A DNA stretch of 32,000 nucleotides from assembly GCA_016213505.1 (NCBI GenBank), contig JACRAF010000049.1:2045-34044 (forward strand). Reading direction: 5' to 3'. Below are positions 8,331 through 16,638 of this stretch, in pieces (positions within the stretch are counted from its first letter, which is position 1; every line of letters begins with the position of its first letter). A program made the position numbers and the translations under genes. The notes beneath the pieces were generated by a model that saw only the letters and a program-made list of their open reading frames with translations, was not told where the DNA came from and did no database searches. The DNA is from Devosia nanyangense (lineage in GTDB: Bacteria; Pseudomonadota; Alphaproteobacteria; Rhizobiales; Devosiaceae).

Positions 8331-8549
8331 CTACCTGAACCGGTAAATCAATCTGCCCTTGGTCAGATCATACGGCGTCATCTCGCACAGCACCTTGTCG
8401 CCGGCCAGTACGCGGATACGGTTCTTGCGCAGTTTGCCGGCGGTGTGGGCGATGATGTCGTGGCCGTTTTCGAGTTTGACGCGGAAGGTGGCGTTGGGGA
8501 GGAGTTCGGTAACGGTGCCCGGAAATTCGAGCATTTCTTCTTTCGGCAT
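8331..8549 (-). CDS. infA: Translation initiation factor IF-1
   Basis: [72 protein letters not shown] is an unmistakable 72-aa IF-1 S1 fold. The ATG at 8549 is preceded by AGGAGA. Confidence 0.97.
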   Translation of the reverse strand: MPKEEMLEFPGTVTELLPNATFRVKLENGHDIIAHTAGKLRKNRIRVLAGDKVLCEMTPYDLTKGRLIYRFR

Positions 8550-8724
8550 GAAGTCTCCTGAATGACCCGCGAGGGGTTGGCCGGACGCGGGTGGGTTGTG
8601 CCGTTGAACAAGGTGGCCCGGGTTTCCCCGGCGCCCCGACAAAGGCAAGTCTCACTGAATTGGCGCGGACCCTATACGAAGCCGATGGCTTTGGGAACCG
8701 CCCGCGGGCGGGTTGTGCAGAGGC

Positions 8725-9825
8725 TCACGCGACCACGGTGATCTGTTCGCTGGCGCGGGTGACGCCGGTATAGAGCCAGCGCCTGCGGTCCTCGCGGAAG
8801 ACGAAGCTTTCGTCGAAGAGATACACCCGGTCCCACTGCGAGCCCTGCGCCTTGTGGACGGTGAGGCAGTAGCCGAAGGTGAATTCGTCGAACCTCCGCC
8901 GCTCGGGCCAGCCGAGCTTGTCCTCCTCGCCGGAAAAGAACGCGGCGTGGGTGAGGATTCGGGCCTGGGCCTTCTTGGCGGTGGTCTCCTCGTCGGGATC
9001 GAGCAGCATCGAGTAGCGATCGCTGGAGCGCTTCTTGACCTCGGCGGCGATCCAGATCTGGCCGTTGAGGAGCTTCTTGACCGGGTTGTTGCGGAGGCAC
9101 ACCAGGCGGTCGCCGGCGACCGGCTCGTGCCGGGGCAGGCCCTTCAGCTCGCGCAGCCGGTCGTTGTAATCGAGGCGGGTCTTGTTGCGGCCGACCAGCA
9201 CCTGGTCGGCGGTGATGACGGCGTCGCGATCGACGTCGGACTTTGGAATGACGATCGAATCGTCGTAGCGGCCATATTCGAGATGGCCGCCCTCGCGGAT
9301 TTCCATCGACATGCGGATGATCGGATTGTCGGCGGCCTGGCGGTGGATTTCGGTGAGCATGATGTCGGGCTCGTCGGTGGTGAAGAACCCGGCGCCCTGC
9401 ACCGGCGGCAGCTGGAACGGATCGCCGAGGACCAGCACCTTGGTGCCGAAGCTCAAGAGATCGCGGCCGAGCGCCTCGTCGACCATCGAGACCTCGTCGA
9501 TGACGATGAGATCGGCGGTCGCCGCGTCGCTCTCGGGATCGAGGGCGAAGTGCGGCTCGCCCTCCTTCTCGGAGACCAGCGTGTAGATCAGCGAGTGGAT
9601 GGTCGAGGCGCCGCGGCAGCCTTTCTTGCGCATCACCAGTGCGGCCTTGCCGGTGAAGGCAGCGAATTTGACCGAGCGCACGCCCTCGGCGAGATAGCGC
9701 GCCAGGGTCGATTTGCCGGTGCCGGCCCAGCCGAAGAGGCGGAACACCTGCGGGCCGGATTTGTCCTTGAGCCAGACCGAGACGGCGGCCAGCGCCGCAT
9801 CCTGCTGGGGCGACCAGACCGGCAT
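8725..9825 (-). CDS. Small SF1B (RecD/Dda/Pif1-like) P-loop DNA helicase, 366 aa
   Basis: Walker A GWAGTGKST, Walker B LIVIDEVSMV, motif III VLVLGDPFQLPPV, and motifs V/VI TVHKAQGSQWDRV and LYTGVTRA. Its start codon shares one base with the stop of the upstream FAH gene (TGATG at 9823-9827). Confidence 0.85.
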   Translation of the reverse strand: MPVWSPQQDAALAAVSVWLKDKSGPQVFRLFGWAGTGKSTLARYLAEGVRSVKFAAFTGKAALVMRKKGCRGASTIHSLIYTLVSEKEGEPHFALDPESDAATADLIVIDEVSMVDEALGRDLLSFGTKVLVLGDPFQLPPVQGAGFFTTDEPDIMLTEIHRQAADNPIIRMSMEIREGGHLEYGRYDDSIVIPKSDVDRDAVITADQVLVGRNKTRLDYNDRLRELKGLPRHEPVAGDRLVCLRNNPVKKLLNGQIWIAAEVKKRSSDRYSMLLDPDEETTAKKAQARILTHAAFFSGEEDKLGWPERRRFDEFTFGYCLTVHKAQGSQWDRVYLFDESFVFREDRRRWLYTGVTRASEQITVVA

Positions 9826-10514
9826 CAGACGATGGTCGTCGTGACGGTGCCGACGCCCGCAATGGAGCCCTCGAGCCGGTCGCCGCGGACGATGGCGGCG
9901 ACCCCGGCGGGGGTGCCGGTGAACACCAGGTCGCCGGGCATGAGCGTCACCAGGGCCGAGAGAAACGCGATCGCGTCGGGCACCGGCCAGATCATTTCGG
10001 CGAGGTCACCGTCCTGGCGGAGCGTGCCGTTCACGGTGAGCGCGACACGCCCCGAACTGGGATGGCCGATGCGGGCGGCCGGCACCAGCTCGCCGATCGG
10101 CGCCGAGCAATCGAAGGCCTTGGCCATGTCCCATGGGCGGGCCAGGCGCTTGGCCTCGGCCTGGAGGTCGCGGCGGGTGAGATCGATGCCGGCGGCGTAG
10201 CCCCACACGCAGTCGAGCGCCTGGGCGGCGGCGACGCCGGTCGCCTCCTTACCGATGGCGACGACCAGCTCGATCTCGTGGTGGAGGTCGGCGGTGGCCG
10301 GTGGGTAAGGCGTATCGGCACCGGCAATCACCAGCGCATCGGCCGGCTTGGTGAAAAAGAACGGCGGCTCGCGTTGGGGGTCGTGTCCCATTTCGCGGGC
10401 GTGGTCGGCATAGTTGCGGCCAACGCAGAACACCCGGCGGACGGGGAAGAAAAACTCGCCGCCGGCGACAGGAACCACCGGCGGCGGCGGGGCGGGGATG
10501 ACCAATTCGGACAT
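9825..10514 (-). CDS. Fumarylacetoacetate hydrolase (FAH) family protein
   Basis: RVFCVGRNYADHAREMG...PFFFTKPADALV...HHEIELVVAIGK...GDLVFTGTPAGV is the canonical FAH-family pattern. 229 aa. Confidence 0.85.
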   Translation of the reverse strand: MSELVIPAPPPPVVPVAGGEFFFPVRRVFCVGRNYADHAREMGHDPQREPPFFFTKPADALVIAGADTPYPPATADLHHEIELVVAIGKEATGVAAAQALDCVWGYAAGIDLTRRDLQAEAKRLARPWDMAKAFDCSAPIGELVPAARIGHPSSGRVALTVNGTLRQDGDLAEMIWPVPDAIAFLSALVTLMPGDLVFTGTPAGVAAIVRGDRLEGSIAGVGTVTTTIV

Positions 10515-10784
10515 GGGGCTCGGACGGAGGTTTCTGGCGCGCGCAACCTAGCGGAAATTGGCCGGAAACAAAACGGGAACTTTTGCGGCGATCGCCGGCG
10601 CCCGGTGGCCTGTGCATCGCCGGGCAGGCGGGCGCCCCCCGCGTCACGGGTTCACCGCCAATTGACCTTTTCCCCGCCATTCCGGCGCCGCCATGGTCGG
10701 TGAGGCTCGCCTGGTGCCGTCGGGCCTTCACCCGGGGGTGGGAAGTCCCTACTGTCGCGCACGACACGCGTTCCGGATCGGATC

Positions 10785-13700
10785 TTGGGCAAGATCTTCA
10801 TTTCACATTCGTCGGCCAACAACGCCGAGGCGTTGGCGATCCATGATTGGCTCGCCGCGCAGGGCTGGGGCGACGTCTTCCTCGATCTCGACCCGCGCCG
10901 CGGTCTGGTCGCCGGCGACCGCTGGCAGGCGGCGCTCAAGGCCGCCGCCGAGCAGTGCGAGCTGATCCTCATCCTGATCAGCCCGGATTGGGCGAAATCG
11001 AAATGGTGCCTCGCCGAGTTCCTGCTCGCCAAGCAGATGAACAAGCAGATCCTCGGCGTCCTGGTGAAGCCGACCCCGCTGGGCGACCTGCCGGTCGAAC
11101 TCACCGCCGAGTGGCAGCTGGTCGATCTCAGCGCCCCCAATCCCGGCTGGTCGGTCACCATTTCGCCGCCGCGCTTCGAGCCCGAAACGACGATCCAGTT
11201 CTCCGGCACCGGTCTCGCCCGGCTTTCGGCGGGCCTCCAGAAAGCCGGGCTCGATCCCGATAATTTCCTCTGGCCGCCGGCCTCCGACCCGCAGCGCGCG
11301 CCCTATCGCGGGCTGTTGCCGCTCGATGCCGACGACGCCGGCATCTTCTTCGGCCGCGACGGCGCCATCGTTCTGACCCTCGATGCGCTACGCGGCCTCC
11401 GCGCCGCCGCCGCGCCGCGCTTCACGACCATTCTGGGCGCCTCGGGCGCCGGCAAATCTTCGTTCCTCCGTGCCGGCCTCTTGCCACGACTCGATCGCGA
11501 CAGCCGGCATTTCTACGTCCTGCCGGTGATCCGCCCCGAGCGCGCCGCGCTCACCGGCGAGCACGGCTTTGCCGCCATGCTCGCGCTCGCCCTCAAGGCC
11601 CGCAACCTCACCCGCAACCGCGCCGATCTTCGCGATGCGGCCATCGCCGGCGCCGCCGCCGTTGCCCCGCTCCTCAAGCAGCTGGCGATCGCCGAGGATG
11701 CTGGCGACGGCGGCGCCGACGGGCCGCCCACCCTTGTCATCGCCATCGACCAGGCCGAGGAATTGCTGACCGCCGACAACGCCGAGGCCGGCCAGTTGCT
11801 GACGCTGCTCGCCGATCTGGGGCAGCGCGACGATCCGGCCGTCCTCGTCATCCTCACCGTCCGCTCCGACAGCTTCGATCAGCTCCAGGCGCGGCCCGAA
11901 CTGGCGCCGACCCAGCCGCATCATCTTGTCGATCTGCCGCCGGTGCCGTTCGGGTCGTTCGGCGACATCATCCGCGGCCCGGCCCGCCGGGTCACCGCCG
12001 CCGGGCGCAAGCTCACCCTCGACGAGACACTGGTCGATGCGCTGCTGAGCGACATCGAGAAGGGCGGCGCCAAGGATGCGCTGCCGCTGCTCGCCTTCAC
12101 GCTGGAACGGCTTTACAGGGACTACGGCGCGGACGGCGACCTGCAGCTTTCGGAATACGGGAAGCTCGGCCGTATCCGCGGCGCCATCGAAGCGGCGGTC
12201 GAGCAGGCCCTGGGCAAGGCCGACGCCAACCCCGCCATCCCGCGCGACCGCGCGGCGCGGCTGGCGCTGCTCCGCCGCGGCCTCATTCCCTGGCTCGCCG
12301 GCATCGACCCCGACACCGGCTCGCCGCGCCGCCGCGTCGCCCGCCTCGCCGAAGTGCCCGAGGAGGCCCGCCCCCTGATCGAACTCATGGTCGCCGAGCG
12401 CCTGCTCGCCACCGACATCGACAAGCAGACCGGCGAGCGCACCATCGAGCCGGCGCACGAGGCGCTGCTGCGCCAATGGGGCGCGCTCGACGGCTGGCTG
12501 GTCGAGGATTCCGCCGATCTCGGCCTCGTCGAGGCCCTCCGCCGCGCCGCCACCGACTGGGCCGCCAACGCCAACGCGGCCGAATACGTCGTCCACAAGG
12601 GGGCGCGGCTCGCCACCGCCGAGCAGCTGGCGGCCGATGACAAATTCGCCGCCTACCTCACCTCCGTCGACCGCGCCTATCTGAGCGCCGCCCGCGACGC
12701 CGAGAACGCCGCCGCGCGAAAAGCCCGGGCCGCCCGAACGCGGCTGACCATCGCGGCCGCCGTGGTGGGTGTGGTGCTGGTCGCCGGCGCCACGGCCGGA
12801 TACTTCATCTGGTCGGCGGGCGAAGGTGCAAAAGTCCTTGCCGCTGCCAATTTCGAGATCGCCCGTTCCGAGGCCGCCCTGCGCGCCGGCCAGCCTGAGG
12901 AGGCGGCGCAAGCCGCGCTTGCGGCCTATGACCTCTTGCCCTCAACCGCGACGCGCACCGCCGCGCTCACGGCAGCAATGGCCGTCCCGCCCAATGCCTC
13001 GATCATCTTCCCCGTTGCGGAGCGCATTGCCGACGCCGCTTTTCTCGATTCCGATCATCTGCTCGTGTTGAGCGCCCGGGGCGCGGTCACCACACTCGAT
13101 CTTGCTATGCGCAAAGCCACCGGGGGCACTGCGCTGTCCGCCTCGCCGCCTCCCATTGCGCTGTCGCCCGACGGAACGTTGGTGGTCCATGCCGACGCCA
13201 GCCTCACCGGCCTCGAAGGCAGCCTCGTGGCGGCCGCGCCGGTCGAAGAATTCGCGGCCAGGGCGGGGAGTGTCTCGGCCGGCCGCGGCGGCAAGGTGAT
13301 CGCCATGATCGGTCTGATCGGCGATGTCCTGGTCCGCGATTGCCGCTCGTTGCCCTGCATCGATCACCGCCTCGCCGAGGGCAGCGCCACCGCGCTCGCG
13401 CTCACCGCGGATGGTGCCCGGCTGGCGGTCGGCCGCGACACCGGTGAAGTTGCGTTCTACAGCGACTTCGCCGCCGCGCCCGTCGTGGTCCCGAGCGGGG
13501 ACGGCGGTGTCGTCTCGCTCGCCTGGTTCGCCGGGGCCGATCGCCTCGCCATCGGCACCGAGGGCAATTCGCTGCTGCTGCTCGATCCAGCGCAGCCCGC
13601 CGCATTGGCACGCATCGAGCTCACCGTTCATCCGGGCGTTGTCGCCGCTTCGCCGACGGCCCCGCTCATTGCCGTCAGTTGCGCCGGCCGCGACATCTGC

Positions 13701-14849
13701 ATCTATGGCGACGATGGCGGCCTGCGGCAGGAGTTGGCCGGCCACAACAATGCCATCGCCGCGATCCGCTGGAGCGCCGACGGAGCTTCGCTCGCCTCGG
13801 TCGCGCCCAACGATCCCATCCGCATCTGGACGCTCGCTCCCGACCGCGACATCGCCTTTGACCGCCGCGCCGGCAGCGACCCGCTCACCGCGCTGGCGGT
13901 CGACCGCGCGCGCGGCATCATCGCGGCCGGCGACAAGACTGGCGCGCTGACCCTTTGGTCCGGCGAGGCGCCCCCGCAGCACCTCGGCCCGCCCGATGGC
14001 GTCGACGCTCCCGTCACTTCGCTGGCATTCCTCTCCGATGGCCGCCTTGCAGCCGTGTATCAAAGCAAGGCGGTCGCCGTATGGTCGCTGGACAAGACCA
14101 CTCCCGACAAGCTGCTGACCCTCGACAACCTCAGCTTTTCGCGCGTCGCCGCGCTCACCGGCGACATCCGCGCCGCCGTGCCACTCTCCGACAAGACGAT
14201 CCTCGTCCTCTCCGGCGACGAGTTGCGCGAGACCCGCGTCGCCGCCGATTCCATGCCGCTCGACCAATGGGGGCTCGCCGCCGCGCCCGCCGCCAACACC
14301 GCCTTCGTCTCCTACTCCGACGGCACCATCCGCCGCCGCGATCTCGGCGCGGGCGGCGAGGGCACGATCGTCTTCGACGCAAAGGCTTCGATCTGCGGCG
14401 CCGCGCCCACCACCGACAACAATGGCGCCAAGAGCCTCGATGTCAGCGCCGACGGCAAATGGCTCGTCGCCACCCGCACCGATGCGCAGGTCATCGTCCA
14501 CAATCTCACCGATCCATTGAAGCCGATCTGCATCGCGCTGCCGGCGCCGGACAGCAAGACCGTCGCCTTCTCGCCCGATACGAGCAAACTCGCGATCCTC
14601 AGCGCCACCGACCGGCTGTTCGTCTTCGATCTGGCCCACCCGGACGATGCCATCATCCTCGGCGCCCCGGCGGTCCCCGACCATTCACCCGTCGCCGCCG
14701 CCGCCGGCAAATCGCGCACCACCTCGTGGCTGGCCTGGCTCGATGACAAGACCCTCGCGATTTCGACCATCGCCGGAACGGTCGAAACCATCGCCCTCGA
14801 TACCGACTCCTGGCGGGCTCGTGTGGACAGCCTGGTCTTCACCCAATAG
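10785..14849 (+). CDS. TIR domain / STAND-class P-loop NTPase / single TM helix / roughly 14 WD40-like beta-propeller blades (1354 aa)
   Basis: - TIR: KIFISHSS...SKWCLAEF, with the conserved Glu at aa 78 (11016-11018).
- Pre-NTPase signature: PYRGLLPLDADDAGIFFGRD (11301-11360).
- Walker A: GASGAGKSS (Lys224 at 11454-11456).
- Walker B: LVIAIDQAEEL (Asp322 at 11748-11750).
- TM helix: LTIAAAVVGVVLVAGATAGYFIW (12744-12812), preceded by RKARAARTR (positive-inside).
- Propeller: about 14 repeats of a 'hydrophobic-x-SPDG/ADG...h-h-h-D/S-L' blade pattern from about 13020 to 14846, including one near-canonical WD repeat, LAGHNNAIAAIRWSADGASLASVAPNDPIRIWTL (about 13734-13835).
- Start: TTG. It is the only start that retains the first TIR strand. 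Confidence 0.85.
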   Translation: MGKIFISHSSANNAEALAIHDWLAAQGWGDVFLDLDPRRGLVAGDRWQAALKAAAEQCELILILISPDWAKSKWCLAEFLLAKQMNKQILGVLVKPTPLGDLPVELTAEWQLVDLSAPNPGWSVTISPPRFEPETTIQFSGTGLARLSAGLQKAGLDPDNFLWPPASDPQRAPYRGLLPLDADDAGIFFGRDGAIVLTLDALRGLRAAAAPRFTTILGASGAGKSSFLRAGLLPRLDRDSRHFYVLPVIRPERAALTGEHGFAAMLALALKARNLTRNRADLRDAAIAGAAAVAPLLKQLAIAEDAGDGGADGPPTLVIAIDQAEELLTADNAEAGQLLTLLADLGQRDDPAVLVILTVRSDSFDQLQARPELAPTQPHHLVDLPPVPFGSFGDIIRGPARRVTAAGRKLTLDETLVDALLSDIEKGGAKDALPLLAFTLERLYRDYGADGDLQLSEYGKLGRIRGAIEAAVEQALGKADANPAIPRDRAARLALLRRGLIPWLAGIDPDTGSPRRRVARLAEVPEEARPLIELMVAERLLATDIDKQTGERTIEPAHEALLRQWGALDGWLVEDSADLGLVEALRRAATDWAANANAAEYVVHKGARLATAEQLAADDKFAAYLTSVDRAYLSAARDAENAAARKARAARTRLTIAAAVVGVVLVAGATAGYFIWSAGEGAKVLAAANFEIARSEAALRAGQPEEAAQAALAAYDLLPSTATRTAALTAAMAVPPNASIIFPVAERIADAAFLDSDHLLVLSARGAVTTLDLAMRKATGGTALSASPPPIALSPDGTLVVHADASLTGLEGSLVAAAPVEEFAARAGSVSAGRGGKVIAMIGLIGDVLVRDCRSLPCIDHRLAEGSATALALTADGARLAVGRDTGEVAFYSDFAAAPVVVPSGDGGVVSLAWFAGADRLAIGTEGNSLLLLDPAQPAALARIELTVHPGVVAASPTAPLIAVSCAGRDICIYGDDGGLRQELAGHNNAIAAIRWSADGASLASVAPNDPIRIWTLAPDRDIAFDRRAGSDPLTALAVDRARGIIAAGDKTGALTLWSGEAPPQHLGPPDGVDAPVTSLAFLSDGRLAAVYQSKAVAVWSLDKTTPDKLLTLDNLSFSRVAALTGDIRAAVPLSDKTILVLSGDELRETRVAADSMPLDQWGLAAAPAANTAFVSYSDGTIRRRDLGAGGEGTIVFDAKASICGAAPTTDNNGAKSLDVSADGKWLVATRTDAQVIVHNLTDPLKPICIALPAPDSKTVAFSPDTSKLAILSATDRLFVFDLAHPDDAIILGAPAVPDHSPVAAAAGKSRTTSWLAWLDDKTLAISTIAGTVETIALDTDSWRARVDSLVFTQ

Positions 14850-14873
14850 TCTCGGGGGATCGGGGAGGGGCGC

Positions 14874-16625
14874 GTGCAGCATCGGGGCAAATCAGTGCGT
14901 TCGGCGGGCCGCCTGCTGCTTGCGCTGGCGCTGTCGACCAGCCTCGTTGCGCCCATCGCGCCGGCTTTCGCCGGCGCCATCGAGCGCCTTGCCCCCGCCC
15001 CGTCTGCTCCGGCCGCGCCCCCCGGCACCGAGCCGGCAGCCTTCCGCACCTGGGTGCAGCTCGTGTGGAATCCCGTGACCCGCGCCCTCGAAAGGCTGCG
15101 TTTTACCGCCTGGGATCCCGTCCCCTCGCTCGGGCTCGAGCTCAGCTGGCTGCCCGACGATCCTGCCGCCGGCCAGAGCGGGCCGCTCGAAGGCCGCGGC
15201 ACCCTCTCGTTCCGCAAGCCCGGCGCCCCGGCCTACGACGCATCCGCCACCGTGGCGCAATATCGCGGTACGCTCAGGGCGGGCCGTGCCGACGGCTTTG
15301 GTGAATTCCTCGACCAGTCCGGCTTTGCCTATGCCGGCGCCTGGCGCGACGGCCTGATGGAGGGCGAGGGCCGGCTCACCCTCGCCAATGGCGATCAGTA
15401 TGTCGGCGGCTTCCGCGCCGGCCGCAGCGACGGGCGCGGCGTCTTCACCGACGCCAGCGGCCGCATCTATGCGGGCAGCTTCACCGCGGGGCTGCCCGAT
15501 CCCGAAGCGATCCTCGCCCAGGATTCGCCCGAGGGTCTGCGCATCGGCGTCGTCGCCGAGCGCCGCCCGCACAATTACGAGCTCGGCATCGACCCCTTGA
15601 GCTATACCTCGGCCAGCACCGGCGAGACCCTCGATATCCTGCCCGACGATCAGCGCCTGCTCGACGTCTGGCACGGCGCGGCGCCGATCGGCATGACCGA
15701 CGAGGAGATCCACGCCTTCAACAACGGCTCGACCACCGCCAATTTCCTCGGTCCCTACGAGCGCTTCGATCCCTTGTCGCTGGTGTTCGAACTCGAGAAC
15801 GCCTTGACCGACACCGTCTCGGTCGTCGGCGGCTTCCTAGATGTCAGCGACAGCGTGCGCCAGCCCGAGCCGGCCATGCAGGTCCGCCCGTTCCCGCGTG
15901 ATCCCTGTTCGGGCACCATCGATTTCCTGCCGCTGTTCTTCATCGACAATTTCGGCTGGACCGCCGCCGACAACGCTGCGCTCGCCATCACCGCCGGCTC
16001 GGTCGATGGACGCCCCGAGGGCACGCCGATCGAGGTGCCGCTCGGCGCCATCGCCGACAGCATGAAGATCGACCTCACCGCGCAACTGACGGCGCTCGGC
16101 CTCGATACCGAGTACGTGTCGCACGAGCGGCTCCGCTGTTCCGATCCCAACGACCAGCGGCTCTGCCTCGCCGAGCTGAAACAATCCGGCCATTTCGGCC
16201 AGCTGAGCAACTTCCTCTCGCTCGACTACACCACCGTCACCGTTGCCGTGATGGGCACCCTCGATTACGATTGGACCGTCTCCGGCGGCACGGTGAGCCA
16301 CAAGAGCTCGCCGTTCTCGGTGATCCTCCCCATCGCCACGGTCGCCAGCGACGCCGAATGCGGCGAGGGCGGCGAGATCATCCCGGTCAACCACGATCCG
16401 TTCCAGCTCCGTCTCGACGAGCAGAACTACAAGATCGCCATTCCATTCGCCGGTGACGTCACCCCCGGCTTCACCTCGCGCTGGCGCATCGAACTGTCGG
16501 CGCCCGAAACCTCCGAGCACGATTTCCGCCTGGTGCTGGTCCTCACCGACGGCAGCCAGGTCGTCTCACGTCCGGTGCACCTCACCTACTTCATGCCCCC
16601 CAAGCGTGAAACGCTGGCGCATTGA
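14874..16625 (+). CDS. Secreted MORN-repeat protein with a C-terminal domain of about 380 aa and unknown function
   Basis: GTG start 24 bp after the TIR-STAND stop, preceded by GGGGAGGGG. The signal peptide is RLLLALALSTSLVAPIAPAFA|GA. There are four tandem MORN-like repeats (YRGTLRAGRADGFGEF, YAGAWRDGLMEGEGRL, YVGGFRAGRSDGRGVF, YAGSFTAGLPD) at about 15261-15500. I do not recognise the remainder, which contains 4 Cys. Confidence 0.75.
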   Translation: MQHRGKSVRSAGRLLLALALSTSLVAPIAPAFAGAIERLAPAPSAPAAPPGTEPAAFRTWVQLVWNPVTRALERLRFTAWDPVPSLGLELSWLPDDPAAGQSGPLEGRGTLSFRKPGAPAYDASATVAQYRGTLRAGRADGFGEFLDQSGFAYAGAWRDGLMEGEGRLTLANGDQYVGGFRAGRSDGRGVFTDASGRIYAGSFTAGLPDPEAILAQDSPEGLRIGVVAERRPHNYELGIDPLSYTSASTGETLDILPDDQRLLDVWHGAAPIGMTDEEIHAFNNGSTTANFLGPYERFDPLSLVFELENALTDTVSVVGGFLDVSDSVRQPEPAMQVRPFPRDPCSGTIDFLPLFFIDNFGWTAADNAALAITAGSVDGRPEGTPIEVPLGAIADSMKIDLTAQLTALGLDTEYVSHERLRCSDPNDQRLCLAELKQSGHFGQLSNFLSLDYTTVTVAVMGTLDYDWTVSGGTVSHKSSPFSVILPIATVASDAECGEGGEIIPVNHDPFQLRLDEQNYKIAIPFAGDVTPGFTSRWRIELSAPETSEHDFRLVLVLTDGSQVVSRPVHLTYFMPPKRETLAH

Positions 16626-16638
16626 GACTGCGCACCCA

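Noticed and set aside
8694-8716. A GC-rich imperfect palindrome (AACCGCCCG/CGGGCGGGTT) just downstream of the helicase stop, as an intrinsic terminator. Similar weak hairpins follow infA (8275-8294) and efp (31722-31749).
   Set aside because: The stems are short or bulged and none is followed by a convincing U-tract on the relevant strand. The evidence is too weak to annotate as terminators without 3'-end mapping.
10515-10846. Small ORFs in and around the FAH/TIR divergent intergenic region (10583..10846(+), 10693..10965(+), 10249..10767(-), 10652..11209(-)).
   Set aside because: They have Arg/Pro/Gly-rich composition, no RBS and no motifs, and they overlap the real TIR gene start. They are likely non-coding promoter region.
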